DNA of 64,000 nucleotides from an uncultured cyanobacterium (GCA_963744145.1 CAVUSO010000001.1:6208001-6272000); one strand, 5' to 3'; counted from the stretch's first letter, positions 30,907 through 42,009 are shown. The notes: generated from the sequence alone by a model not told the origin. Program-made: numbers and translations.

Positions 30907-31323
30907 CTAAAATGCTTTCGTTACATAAAAATCTTTCAGGGTAACATTTTCCGCCGCAAATTCAATCAGATCAAAGCTAACAGGTAAACGATGCTTATAT
31001 TTATAGCTCCAAGGTGGTTTTCCTGTACCTTCTTCAATCCCTTGAATTTCAAATTCCGTCGAGGAAATAATCACCATAATTGAGATTAGTTGTTTTACTA
31101 CTAAAGGAAACCCAGCTGGTCTTTCTTCTGGTCCCCAACCTCCATTGATGAAAGAGTTAAGCACAACTGTCCCCTCATTCAAACGGGGATTGATATGGAG
31201 TGCAATATTATTACCTACTTTTAGATTCAAGGCAAAACCAGCGCCGTCTAAAGCAGTATAGCCTACTTTGTAAATATAACCTTCTCCCAAACCAGGCAAT
31301 GTTGCTGTAATAATCGCAGCCAT
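30907..31323 (-). CDS. Galectin (galactoside-binding lectin), single carbohydrate-recognition domain
   Basis: IALHINPRL..VVLNS..GGWGPEER..FP and C-terminal YKHRLP; AGGAG SD upstream; 138 aa. Confidence 0.85.
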   Translation of the reverse strand: MAAIITATLPGLGEGYIYKVGYTALDGAGFALNLKVGNNIALHINPRLNEGTVVLNSFINGGWGPEERPAGFPLVVKQLISIMVIISSTEFEIQGIEEGTGKPPWSYKYKHRLPVSFDLIEFAAENVTLKDFYVTKAF

Positions 31324-31499
31324 GATAATTTTCTCCTAATCAGGAACGATCGATTGACCTTTCTCAGGGTACTTTTTTCGTTAATACTTATTTCTAAAAA
31401 AAAGATTAAGATTTATTGTCCAATTAATGCCGATCAGATTCGGAGCAGAAATATTACATCGCCATTGACAATTTATCAGTAACTTTGATTCTACTCCTA

Positions 31500-31533
31500 A
31501 AAAAAGACGCGATCGCCCCAAGGGCGATCGCGT
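31500..31533 (-). terminator. Intrinsic terminator after pirA, stem built from two HIP1 sites
   Basis: ACGCGATCGCCC-CAA-GGGCGATCGCGT hairpin followed by a T-run on the minus strand. Confidence 0.7.
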
Positions 31534-31571
31534 TAATTTCCTTTTTACCTATCCTCTAATTTCCCTGAACC

Positions 31572-31745
31572 TTAATGACCAAATAACTCTTGCCACTCAG
31601 CTTCTAGCTGTTTAACCAATTTTTGATTTCCTTCACTTCTCGCTACTTGGAGACGATGTTCTAAGCTGTTGCGGATATTAGCTTGATGATTTTTGACGAC
31701 TTCTTCGTGAGCAACTTGATTTGGAGCAGAGTTTGGTGTTTTCAT
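31572..31745 (-). CDS. pirA: PII-interacting regulator of arginine synthesis PirA-like small protein (57 aa, below the ORF-track cutoff)
   Basis: MKTPNSAPNQVAHEEVVKNHQANIRNSLEHRLQVARSEGNQKLVKQLEAEWQELFGH has the HxxNIxxxLxxRxxxARxxGxxxL pattern; NtcA box upstream. Confidence 0.7.
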   Translation of the reverse strand: MKTPNSAPNQVAHEEVVKNHQANIRNSLEHRLQVARSEGNQKLVKQLEAEWQELFGH

Positions 31746-31884
31746 AAAAAATCTCTCTGGTAAGACAATCAGCTAATCGACTAGGGGTTACTTATCTATT
31801 TGATGGTCAGATAGGAATTTTTCTGGATACTCTACCCGATTAATATCAAATCGGTCGCTTATGCAGAAACACTTCATTCGTTCT

Positions 31885-31898
31885 GTATCTTTCGATAC
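31885..31898. promoter_or_regulatory. NtcA binding site
   Basis: GTATCTTTCGATAC = GTA-N8-TAC, just downstream of a TATCTT -10-like box on the pirA strand (repressor position). Confidence 0.7.
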
Positions 31899-32028
31899 TT
31901 TTAAGATAACTGATCGAAATTGCCGATAAGTTAATTAAAGATTAAAGAATAGTTAAATTTGAATTAATTTCAAAAAAACTCTTGACAAAATTGGAAAAAT
32001 CAGACATCATGGAAATTGTGTCCAATAA

Positions 32029-32102
32029 GGGATTGTAGTTCAATTGGTTAGAGCACCGCCCTGTCACGGCGGAAGTTGCGGGTTCGAGCCCCGTCAGTCC
32101 CG
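32029..32102 (+). tRNA. tRNA-Asp (GTC)
   Basis: Cloverleaf GGGATTG..CAGTCCC; anticodon loop CTGTCAC; GGTTCGAG T-loop; TTGACA at 31982. Confidence 0.97.
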
Positions 32103-32107
32103 TTAAC

Positions 32108-32220
32108 GTAGGGGCGTATTGCAATACGCCCCATGGCAATATGCCCCATGGCAATATGCCCCATGGCAATACGCCCCATGGCAATACGCCCCATGGCAAT
32201 ACGCCCCATGGCAATATGCC
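32108..32220 (+). repeat. GTAG-REP hairpin followed by about 7 tandem 15-bp repeats (GCAATAYGCCCCATG)
   Basis: Units start at 32121, 32136, 32151, 32166, 32181, 32196 and 32211. Confidence 0.9.
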
Positions 32221-32328
32221 TTATGATAGTATGCCCTATTGCCTCCCTAGGTGATTGGAGCGGATCGGAAAATACCATCTAAAATTTAAAATGCAGATGT
32301 GATTGCTGTATGGGAGAGAAAAGCTGCT

Positions 32329-33777
32329 GTGACCGTGAGAGTTCGTATTGCCCCTAGTCCAACTGGAAAATTACATATAGGTACAGCGCGGACAGCTGTA
32401 TTTAATTGGTTGTTTGCCCGTCACCAAGGTGGGAAATTCATCATCCGGATCGAAGATACAGATCTAGAGCGATCGCGTCCTGAATATACCGAAAATATTC
32501 TGGATGGACTAAAATGGTTGGGGATCGACTGGGATGAAGGACCATTTTATCAATCGCAGCGTACCCAGCTCTATCATCAAGCAATTCAAACCTTAATTGA
32601 TCAAGGATATGCTTATCGTTGCTATACTACCACCGCCGAATTAGAGACCATGCGGGCAGACCAAAAAGCCAACAAACAAGCGCCCCGCTATGACAATCGT
32701 CACCGTGATCTCACCCCAGAACAACAAAGCAAATTTGAAGCAGAAGGAAGAACCGCAGTCATCCGCTTCAAAATTGACGATGAGCGACAAATTTACTGGA
32801 ACGACATGGTCAGGGGAAAAGTGACCTGGAAAGGTAGCGATCTGGGTGGGGACATGGTAATAGCCCGTGCTGCTAACCAAAATGATATTGGTCAACCCCT
32901 CTACAATCTAGCGGTAGTAGTCGATGATATCGATCTGAAAATCACCCACGTAATTCGTGGAGAAGATCATATTGGTAACACTCCAAAGCAAATTTTACTC
33001 TATGAAGCATTAGGTGCTCAAGTCCCTGAATTTGCCCACACCCCTCTGATTTTAAATCAAACTGGACAAAAACTATCCAAACGAGATGGGGTTACTTCCA
33101 TTTCTGATTTCCAAGCTTTGGGTTATACCCCAGCAGCAATGGTTAATTACATGACCCTGTTAGGTTGGACTCCACCTGATGCAACTAAAGAAATTTTCAC
33201 TCTGACCCAAGCTGCCACAGAATTTGGATTTGAGCGAGTTAATCAAGCAGGTGCTAAATTTGATTGGGATAAACTGAACTGGTTAAATAGTCAATATCTA
33301 CGCCATCTACCGATCGATCAATTAACCGAGCAACTGATCCCCTGGTGGCAAAAAGCTGGTTATGAATTTGATCCGATTCGCGATCGGGTTTGGTTAGAGC
33401 AATTAGTTGCTTTAATCGGTCCGAGCTTAGTTCGTCTTCAAGACGCTGTGGTAATGAGCCAAATATTCTTGACTCCAAAGGTTGATTTAAATGAAGAAGC
33501 AACTCAACAACTACAACAAGAAGGTGTCATATCTGTGCTTAGATCTATAGAAGAAGCTGTCACTAGTGAAGAAAATCTCACTGCCACCAAAGCTGAAGAA
33601 ATCTTGCAAAGAGTGACTAAAGCGCAAAAAGTCAAAAAAGGTCTAGTGATGCGCTCTCTGAGAGCTGCTCTGACCGGAGATGTGCATGGTCCGGATCTGA
33701 TCCAATCCTGGGTGCTACTAGCTGAAAAAGGACTAGCTCTACCACGCCTACAAACAGCATTAAAATTGGCTAAGTAA
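32329..33777 (+). CDS. gltX: Glutamate-tRNA ligase
   Basis: [16 protein letters not shown] (HIGH), VIRGEDHI and KLSKR (KMSKS). Confidence 0.97.
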   Translation: MTVRVRIAPSPTGKLHIGTARTAVFNWLFARHQGGKFIIRIEDTDLERSRPEYTENILDGLKWLGIDWDEGPFYQSQRTQLYHQAIQTLIDQGYAYRCYTTTAELETMRADQKANKQAPRYDNRHRDLTPEQQSKFEAEGRTAVIRFKIDDERQIYWNDMVRGKVTWKGSDLGGDMVIARAANQNDIGQPLYNLAVVVDDIDLKITHVIRGEDHIGNTPKQILLYEALGAQVPEFAHTPLILNQTGQKLSKRDGVTSISDFQALGYTPAAMVNYMTLLGWTPPDATKEIFTLTQAATEFGFERVNQAGAKFDWDKLNWLNSQYLRHLPIDQLTEQLIPWWQKAGYEFDPIRDRVWLEQLVALIGPSLVRLQDAVVMSQIFLTPKVDLNEEATQQLQQEGVISVLRSIEEAVTSEENLTATKAEEILQRVTKAQKVKKGLVMRSLRAALTGDVHGPDLIQSWVLLAEKGLALPRLQTALKLAK

Positions 33778-33884
33778 GACTTAGCTTCCGCTGATCTGAC
33801 TGTCAGGAACTAGCTGTCCCTGATTACCGTCTTTGTCATCAAGATCGACATTGTAGTCCAAAAACTTAATTTAGAAAAAGCAGA

Positions 33885-34412
33885 ATGCACAAAAAAATGC
33901 TGCATTTAGGGCGATTCTTATCAGTCGCAATCACTCTAATCATGAGGGGAATGTGGCTGAGTGAATCAGCAGGAGCTGAAGTAACTCAAGAACCCTCAGC
34001 ATTTGAAGATGTCAGAATTGGGTCAAGGTTTTCTCCAGACCCATTGACGATTCGCGGTATTGCTGGTGGTCCAGTATCGATCGAAACTTTAGCAGGACTG
34101 AAAGAAACAGCCAATGGGCCATGTGTGGGTTTTACGAATGAACAACCAGCACATACCTTAGTTCTCACTTCTTTTTTTAATTATCTTAGTCTCCAGGTAA
34201 AGAGTCCGGAAGATACTACTCTATTAATTCGTGGTCCTGGTGGGACTTGGTGTAATGATGACTTTGACGGTAAAAATCCTGGAATTGCTGGTCAGTGGCT
34301 ACCGGGAAAATATAGCATTTGGGTAGGTTCTTTTAACTCCAATATCTATCCTCCCTACATAATTAACATCACCGAAGTCCAACTCCTTAATCCTTTACCT
34401 TTTAGACCTTAA
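33885..34412 (+). CDS. Exported hypothetical protein
   Basis: Signal-like N-terminus; DTTLLIRGPGGTWCNDD..PGKYSIWVGS. Confidence 0.6.
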   Translation: MHKKMLHLGRFLSVAITLIMRGMWLSESAGAEVTQEPSAFEDVRIGSRFSPDPLTIRGIAGGPVSIETLAGLKETANGPCVGFTNEQPAHTLVLTSFFNYLSLQVKSPEDTTLLIRGPGGTWCNDDFDGKNPGIAGQWLPGKYSIWVGSFNSNIYPPYIINITEVQLLNPLPFRP

Positions 34413-34429
34413 ATTGCGCTTCGATGACC

Positions 34430-34462
34430 AAAAAAATGGGTGGGAGTTAGCCAATCCCACCC
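34430..34462 (-). terminator. Intrinsic terminator downstream of hetR
   Basis: GGGTGGGA/TCCCACCC stem with an A-run at 34430-36 (U-tract on minus). Confidence 0.6.
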
Positions 34463-34475
34463 TGATGGATAATTA

Positions 34476-35435
<960 letters not shown>

Positions 35436-35821
35436 TCAATCTATACAATATTTTTGATCGCTAGTGTTTTGGCGATCTAGCCAGCTAAGTTAAACCTACT
35501 TAGCTTTGGGCACCCCGATTGTTTTTCAACCACTAATTATCTCTCTTCAGCGTTTACCGCCTTTAGAATATGCCTATTTTATAAGCATTAACTGGCAATT
35601 TGGCAGGTGGAACCAAAAAGAATTGACAAAAGTGTAGAAGCCTACATGGTTTAATCTTATCAAATTGTTTTTGTCACCACCGCAATTTTGGCGTTTTTTT
35701 TACGCCGAAAACCTTTACCCTCTGGTATTTTCAACTCACTCAAAAAATAAAAAATCTCAGCAACAGCAGAACCGACCAAAGGGATAAAGTCCTTTGGTCA
35801 GTAACCATAATTAAATTTCTC

Positions 35822-35850
35822 TTGACAAAATTTTGACCTTAATCTATAAT
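35822..35850 (+). promoter_or_regulatory. Consensus sigma70 promoter with no downstream plus-strand gene
   Basis: TTGACA (35822-27), 17 nt, TATAAT (35845-50). Confidence 0.6.
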
Positions 35851-35959
35851 CAAAAGAAATAACAAACCGTTAGCCACAATTTCCTTGCATCCGCAAAACT
35901 GTTTGACTAAACATCCAAGTTTGCTCAAGCCAAACTAGTGAGTAAAGACGGTTAGACCA

Positions 35960-36283
35960 TTAGGCGTTGTTAAGTGGATGAAAGGAAAATTGACTGATTT
36001 CGTTTGGACAAGCTTGTTCCGGACAGATTCGTCCACTACCACGATGGTCACAAGAATTATTGGCAGATTCTTCGTTTGGTTCGGCTTTATTAGATGAGAA
36101 GAGGAAAAATTCTCTTCTACCATCACCACTCTTAGGAGTGCGATCGCCGGCTTGCTCTGTTTGAACGGATGCTTGTTGATCGGAATTGACAGGATTAATT
36201 GTTGTTTGCTTAGTGCGGAAATTAAGCATACAACCAATTAATAACAGGAAGCTGGCTAAAACCAGTGAAGTTCTAGTAAACAT
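35960..36283 (-). CDS. patX: PatX, RGSGR-containing HetR inhibitor precursor
   Basis: N-terminal hydrophobic signal; DHRGSGR motif; sits between hetR and an FAD oxidoreductase/methyltransferase pair; DIF1 box upstream. Confidence 0.8.
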   Translation of the reverse strand: MFTRTSLVLASFLLLIGCMLNFRTKQTTINPVNSDQQASVQTEQAGDRTPKSGDGRREFFLFSSNKAEPNEESANNSCDHRGSGRICPEQACPNEISQFSFHPLNNA

Positions 36284-36317
36284 GGGAAAATTTCTAGGTG
36301 AGGTGTTCTATTTCCTG

Positions 36318-36345
36318 TTTACGAACTTCAGCTAATCTGTCCGGA
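36318..36345 (-). promoter_or_regulatory. DIF1-type promoter of patX
   Basis: TCCGGA (36340-45), 17 nt, GTAAA on the minus strand; the TCCGGA lies about 57 nt upstream of the patX ATG. Confidence 0.65.
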
Positions 36346-36435
36346 TTAAAATTGGCAGAAAAGCGAATTTATAATTATTAATCGCCAAAAAAATAAATAT
36401 TTTCAGAACTTACTCAGACTAATGTGAAGTCTAAC

Positions 36436-38254
36436 TCACACCAACCCAATCTGAATTTGTTCCACTAAAATCCAAGCACCAGATAAATTTATCTGTCCCC
36501 AGACAATCACAGGTTTTCCAGTTGGACAACTTTGGAGTTTTTGGTCTATTTCTGGACGTAAAGTTACTAATTCTATCACTGATACATTTAACCCTACTGG
36601 CTCAGTCAGGGTCAATGTATAGTTTTGTTCTCCATGAGCATGAAAAATGCCAGAAAATTTTGGACTAGAAAAATCATCAATTCTCTGACTGATGATCCCG
36701 GAGGAGGAAGGACAGTTTCCCTGTATGGGATAATCCTCAGGATGATCTAGATAATAATTTTGCCAGTAAAGCCAATCATTCCGATCGGGAGGCAAATTAA
36801 ACAAGGGAATCACAGCCATTGGTGCGATCGGATCTTGTAACAAAGCGGTTTGTAAGACCCGGACTGATAAATCCCTGGGTTGACAGTCCGATTCAACACA
36901 TAAAGCAGCAGCCATCCCAGCGGCTTGACCAATGCCCATGACTACAGTTTGCAACCGAGTGGCACCATTAGCAATATGGGAGACAGAAATATTTTTTTCA
37001 GCAACTAAGAATCCATCAGTGCTGATCGGTACTAAAGAATCATAGGGGATAGTGAACGGAGTTCCCGTTACACTTCCACCCCAACGAATTGATTTTGGTT
37101 GGAGGGGAAATTCGACTCCTGGATAATGATGATCATTAGCATAATTACCGATAGCGATCGCCCGGACTTGACCATTGATGATCGGTAATTTAGCCACTCT
37201 TCCGGTAGGTATGGGCAAAATATCTTGCTCTTGGATGGTGACTAATCCCTGAAGACGACGACTTTCGCGATAATAGGGACTTAAAGCTAAACCCCCACCA
37301 CCTAGAGCATATTCCCCCACCCAATATCCTTTAATGCTACCTGGGAAGGGAAACACTTGTTGGGCTAATCCATAACGTCGTCCTAATTCTTGTTGGATAA
37401 AGTGAGCAAAACCCTGACTATACCAACAAGCTTCTTGCAGAAACTCAAATCTTGCTGCTTCAGATTTGACTAAACGTCCTAAATCTCGGCCATAATCATT
37501 ACCGGATATAGGCCAGTTGAGCATGAAGAGATTTCCTGGTAATCTACCATAATTAAGAAATTTTTCTGCACCATAACGTGACCAAGCATTGGTAAATGCT
37601 CCAGAACAGTCGAAGGGAGGTGGGGGAATTTCGGTCGCGATCGCATCTGGACCAAAATCTTGTAAAATTGCTACCCAAGTTGGTGCTTGGACTGGATAGG
37701 TTTCGGTTAAAGAATTAGCTGTCTGGGGAGCACTCTGGTTCCTGTCCAAAAGATGCAAATTCCCATCCCCAACGATAGGGAATTTCACCATCCGCTAGGA
37801 GATCTCCTAATTCGGTCGCATCAATGGTAATTTTAGCCAGGATCGTCAAATCCTGAAATCGGACTCCCTGGATGCGATCGCCCGATCGCAAAACTTCTCC
37901 GGGCACCTGTCCAATGATCCAGTGCAAATTAGGTAATTCTTGCACCCAATCCGTCCAAATTTTCGCCCCAATGCGGGGATCAAAAGTAAAAAAACTGACC
38001 CAACTGTGATCTAATCCTTCTGGTTGACGACACTTAAGTTCTTGTAAAAATGCTCCCCAAATACCCGTTTGCCATGCTGCGAGTTCATTCCCATCTGGTG
38101 CAGAAACTCCAGCGGAGGTTAACATTCCTCCTAACCAGCTCCATGTGCTGACTAAGATCGTGTTTGCTCCTCGACGTGCAGCTTGAATAGCTGCTACCGT
38201 TCCCCCAGTCCCTCCACCGACAACTAGGATATCAGTATGAATTTGGTTTTGCAT
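36436..38254 (-). pseudogene. FAD-dependent oxidoreductase split by a single frameshift near 37735
   Basis: N-part VVGGGTGG..IDATELGDL..WGWEF; C-part SAPQTANSLT..PYYRESRR..SHIANGATRLQ; the two ORFs overlap and one extra base separates the frames. Confidence 0.75.
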
Positions 38255-38344
38255 TCTCTTCGATTTAATTATCTGATCATCAGCCTATTGGCGGAGATTA
38301 TACATTAAATCTAATTTTATTATCAAAAGTTAAAGATTTTTAGG

Positions 38345-38385
38345 AGCGTATGGCAATCCGCGGGCGTATGGCAATCCGCCCCTAC
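38345..38385 (-). repeat. Short GTAG-REP related to the 15-bp repeat family at 32108
   Basis: GCGTATGGCAATCCGC twice, ending CCCCTAC. Confidence 0.6.
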
Positions 38386-38454
38386 GAAAATTTTAAGCAG
38401 CGATAAAACAAGTATAATAATCTTATCATACCATCATGATGGCAATTAAATTTT

Positions 38455-39363
38455 ATGGCCGTAACTAAAGACACCATTTTCGAGCGTTTCCTCAAGCCAA
38501 TTTTCGGGTTACTGATTAATGAAGCAGAAATTCGGAATCTTTCTAACAGTATTAATTGGCTAGAAGCGATCGCCCGTTACCAACAACCAAATCTGATTTA
38601 CCCTAACTATTATATTAGTCAAAATTTCCATGGAGTTGAAGGTGGATATCTTACTTCTGATGCAGCAGTTTCCTACGATCCAATTACTCAATATGTCTTA
38701 CCACCAAATGAAATTGTAGCACGTCAAGGCTTAATCGACAATATTCGCTGTCAACCAAGACGAATTCTTGATCTGGGTTGTGGGACAGGTTCAATGACCT
38801 TAATGTTAAAACAAGCTTTTCGGGAAGCAGAAGTAATTGGATTAGATTTATCTCCATATATGTTAGTGATAGCTGATCGGAAAGCTAGCAAAACCGGATT
38901 AAATATCCAATGGGTTCATGGCAATGCAGAAAGTACCAGATTACCTGATAATTCCTTTGATTTAGTCACAGCAGCTTTATTATTTCATGAAACACCAACA
39001 GAAGTATCCCAAGCAATATTAAGAGAGAGTTTCCGACTGTTGAAAGCCGGGGGAGAGATGTTAGTTTTCGATGGTAATCAGAAGACTCTCAAACAACTAA
39101 ATTGGCTTCAAGAAATATTTGAGGAACCTTATATCAAAGATTATTCATCTGGTAATTTAGATGCTTGGATGGGAGGAGCAGGATTTGGAGCAGTGCAAAG
39201 TGAAGAATGGTGGATGATCCATCAGGTAACTCGTGGTGTTAAACCGCTTCCCGTAGATGATCCTAATATAGCAAGCAGGAATCAGGTTAATCTAAATCAA
39301 GACAATAATAATCCTCTAGATGGAGATGATTTACGAGGTTTTCCAGTCCCTGCTTTTAGTTAA
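38455..39363 (+). CDS. Class I SAM-dependent methyltransferase
   Basis: ILDLGCGTGS, GLDLSPYML and LLFHETP. Confidence 0.85.
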   Translation: MAVTKDTIFERFLKPIFGLLINEAEIRNLSNSINWLEAIARYQQPNLIYPNYYISQNFHGVEGGYLTSDAAVSYDPITQYVLPPNEIVARQGLIDNIRCQPRRILDLGCGTGSMTLMLKQAFREAEVIGLDLSPYMLVIADRKASKTGLNIQWVHGNAESTRLPDNSFDLVTAALLFHETPTEVSQAILRESFRLLKAGGEMLVFDGNQKTLKQLNWLQEIFEEPYIKDYSSGNLDAWMGGAGFGAVQSEEWWMIHQVTRGVKPLPVDDPNIASRNQVNLNQDNNNPLDGDDLRGFPVPAFS

Positions 39364-39438
39364 AATTGATGGAGCTATATCCTCAGTTTTATTTCTGGCT
39401 GAAACCAAGTAATTTAAAAGCATGATCGCACAGAAATT

Positions 39439-40167
39439 ATGACTCTCAAAGCAGTTTTATTCGATTTCAATGGGATCATTATTAATGATGAACCGATTCA
39501 TCAACAATTGCTAGAAGATATTCTATTGGGAGAAAACATCCGTCCTAATCCAGAAGAGATTCGTCAAGTTTCTCTAGGAAGGAGCGATCGGGTTTGTCTA
39601 AAAGAATTGTTGATGTTACATGGTCGATTTGTGAGCGAGCAATATTTAGATCAGCTGCTAATCCGTAAAGCTAACGCATATATCGAAAAATTGGCAACTC
39701 TAAATAAATTACCAATTTATCCAACTTTAGCAGACTTGATTTTTAAAGTCCGAGTTAGTAGGTTAAAAATGGCAGTAGTAAGCGGAGCTTTACTTGGTGA
39801 AATTGAGCAAGTGTTAACCAGAGCAGGGATCGCAGAAAACTTTGCTGTGATTGTAGCTGGAGATGAGATTAAAGTAAGCAAACCAGAACCAGATGGTTAT
39901 CTTTTAGCAGTAGAGCGTCTGAATCAAATATACCCAGAACTGAACTTAAAACCTTGGGAATGTCTAGCGATCGAAGATTCTTTTGCAGGAATTCAAGCTG
40001 CTAAAAATGCAGGTATCCCCGTCGTCGGGGTAGCACACACTTATCCGTTTCATATGCTCCACCGTCGAGCTAATTGGACAATCGATTATCTGTCGGATTT
40101 GGATTTGGATCAAGTCCGAGAGGTATATCAAAGAGGTAGATTTCAGTTGAGTGGGAGTAGTCCATAA
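39439..40167 (+). CDS. HAD-family hydrolase
   Basis: AVLFDFNG, KPEPDGY and AIEDSFAGIQAA. Confidence 0.85.
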   Translation: MTLKAVLFDFNGIIINDEPIHQQLLEDILLGENIRPNPEEIRQVSLGRSDRVCLKELLMLHGRFVSEQYLDQLLIRKANAYIEKLATLNKLPIYPTLADLIFKVRVSRLKMAVVSGALLGEIEQVLTRAGIAENFAVIVAGDEIKVSKPEPDGYLLAVERLNQIYPELNLKPWECLAIEDSFAGIQAAKNAGIPVVGVAHTYPFHMLHRRANWTIDYLSDLDLDQVREVYQRGRFQLSGSSP

Positions 40168-40272
40168 ATCCTAGATGGGAAGTGTCCCTGGTACATCGGG
40201 AATCAGAAAAATATTTTCCGATTAGCGATCGCTAATGCCTGAGTTAGTGTTATAGTGGAAATGTGGTTTGCT

Positions 40273-40345
40273 GGGGAATTAGCTCAGTTGGTAGAGCGCT
40301 GCGATCGCACCGCAGAGGTCAGGGATTCGAGTTCCCTATTCTCCA
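40273..40345 (+). tRNA. tRNA-Ala (CGC)
   Basis: GGGGAAT/ATTCTCC acceptor stem with G3:U70; anticodon arm CTGCG-ATCGCAC-CGCAG. Confidence 0.95.
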
Positions 40346-40510
40346 TTAGTCGATAAGCCAAGATTAATGGAAAACCTAACCCCTGTATCCTTTAAAGGTA
40401 CAATGAGCGGGATACCTCACGCACCTCAGAACAATTCTCGATCGCCACCTGAATTAGACGCTATATCATCTGCAAAAATTGTAAAGAACAAATTTATGTC
40501 TATCTGATCT

Positions 40511-42009
40511 TTGATACTCTCAGGTCTAAAGACACTGAGATTCTTGAATAGTCCAGAGTCTGAACTTCAAAGGCGCGTACAAGACACCTCTACTGATTTC
40601 ACTTAGGTCTAGCCCAAGATTCACCGCTACTTTTCTTAAAATATTAGCTGCACCGTTGCAATCGGCATTGATCTTTATGCCTTTAGAACTGACATACAAG
40701 CCTCGCTTCACTCTTTTTCCTGATGCTGTCCATTCTTCGGGTTTTTCACCATAAGTTGGGATGGGGTCAGCGTCTAAAAAACTAGCTTTACTTGTATAGC
40801 TTTCTTCAGTTTCTTCAAACTTAATGTCGTACAACTCACATAGTTGTTGGATTCTTGTTTTGAGTCTAGCTGTAGATATTTGGACAAAGTTTTGATTAGT
40901 TTGCTTACCTAACTCAATGCCATCTTTTTGTCCTTTATTCCAACCAAATACTAAAGTTCCGATGCCATTATTTAAACAGTAATTTATCACTATTCGAGCC
41001 GCTTTGTTGATAGCGTCCCTCATCTGTCTATTCCGTTTCTCAGTCATTGCTGCCAAACGATTAGACCAGAACCCTTTAGGCTTATTAGCTTTGAGTTTGG
41101 CTACTTGTTTGTTATACCATTGATTGACCGATTTTAGATGTTTGCCATCAATTATGAAGCTTGTGCCCACATTACTAACGGCTGTTAGCCAGTTGTTCAA
41201 ACCGTGGTCTAACCCTAAGCATTTAGCTGTGTCTAGAACAGGTTTTTCGACTAAGTTTGGGTAGACAAACTCTGCATAAAAACATCCATTTCTTGGGAGG
41301 ATTCTGACTTCTCTAAGAGACTCAAAATCTAAGTTAGTTGGCCTTGGTAGGAAAAACTCTTTTATGCCAAACCAAGCGTTGATTTGTAACCCTAAAGGAA
41401 ATCTAATCTTTCCATCAATTAACCTTAGCGACCGTTTGGGATAGGCAATTAATTGATAGCCACCAGGTTTCCGATAATTGGGCAAGTTGGGTTTAGTTTC
41501 GAGTTTACCACTCAGCCACAACTCCCTTAACTTGGCAAAGGAGCTAATGGACTCACCTACGGCATTACAAGTTTGTGTTGCGGCATCGGATGGTAGGGCA
41601 GAAAAATGTCTATTTTTAGTTTGTATTAGGTGTGCCCCTATCTCAAACTTCGTTACAAATCTGCGAGTTTTGAACCAGATTTGACGAGCGTAATAGGTAG
41701 CACAATTGTGTAGCTTATTGGACTCTGAGCAAATAAATTCAAGAATTGCTTTTAACTCTGAACCAGCATCAATTAAATTTTGCTGAACACCTAACGGTAC
41801 TTGGGGCTTCTTTTCCGTTTTCTTTCTTTTGACCATTTCATCACTTTCATTTCTCTATATACATCATAGCTTAATGTCGAGAAAAAAGTAAGTCTTTTCT
41901 ACAAAAGCAATGGTAAGATTAAGAAATATTCTCTGGTGGTTAAAACCACTTGGGTCGTTTCCCTCTCAGGTCTAAAGAACCTGAGCTTCCCACAAACCCA
42001 TGTTTTTTT
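40511..42009 (-). mobile_element. tnpB-only IS200/IS605 (IS1341-type) element
   Basis: Matching subterminal hairpins CTCAG(GT/TG)TCTTTAGACCTGAG at both ends; right end TCAA; left end preceded by TCAC; no tnpA. Confidence 0.85.
40526..41836 (-). CDS. tnpB: TnpB RNA-guided endonuclease
   Basis: SNKLHNCATY, LGLDHGLNNW, TEESYTSKASFLD and INADCNGAANI; stop codon lies within the right-end hairpin. Confidence 0.92.
   Translation of the reverse strand: MVKRKKTEKKPQVPLGVQQNLIDAGSELKAILEFICSESNKLHNCATYYARQIWFKTRRFVTKFEIGAHLIQTKNRHFSALPSDAATQTCNAVGESISSFAKLRELWLSGKLETKPNLPNYRKPGGYQLIAYPKRSLRLIDGKIRFPLGLQINAWFGIKEFFLPRPTNLDFESLREVRILPRNGCFYAEFVYPNLVEKPVLDTAKCLGLDHGLNNWLTAVSNVGTSFIIDGKHLKSVNQWYNKQVAKLKANKPKGFWSNRLAAMTEKRNRQMRDAINKAARIVINYCLNNGIGTLVFGWNKGQKDGIELGKQTNQNFVQISTARLKTRIQQLCELYDIKFEETEESYTSKASFLDADPIPTYGEKPEEWTASGKRVKRGLYVSSKGIKINADCNGAANILRKVAVNLGLDLSEISRGVLYAPLKFRLWTIQESQCL

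Noticed and set aside
31942..32278. ORFs with PWGVL / IAMGR repeats
   Set aside because: Antisense readings of tRNA-Asp and the 15-bp minisatellite.
35935..36237. Alternative-frame ORF overlapping patX
   Set aside because: It lacks the RGSGR motif and a strong start; the patX frame has the motif, an ATG and a DIF1 promoter.
40299..40312. HIP1 site within the tRNA-Ala anticodon arm as an integration site
   Set aside because: It follows from the tRNA sequence itself; no duplicated tRNA 3' end or integrase is seen nearby.
41950..42009. N-terminal extension of FolK in the ORF track
   Set aside because: It lies within the IS left end; GTG at 42010 is the first host codon.
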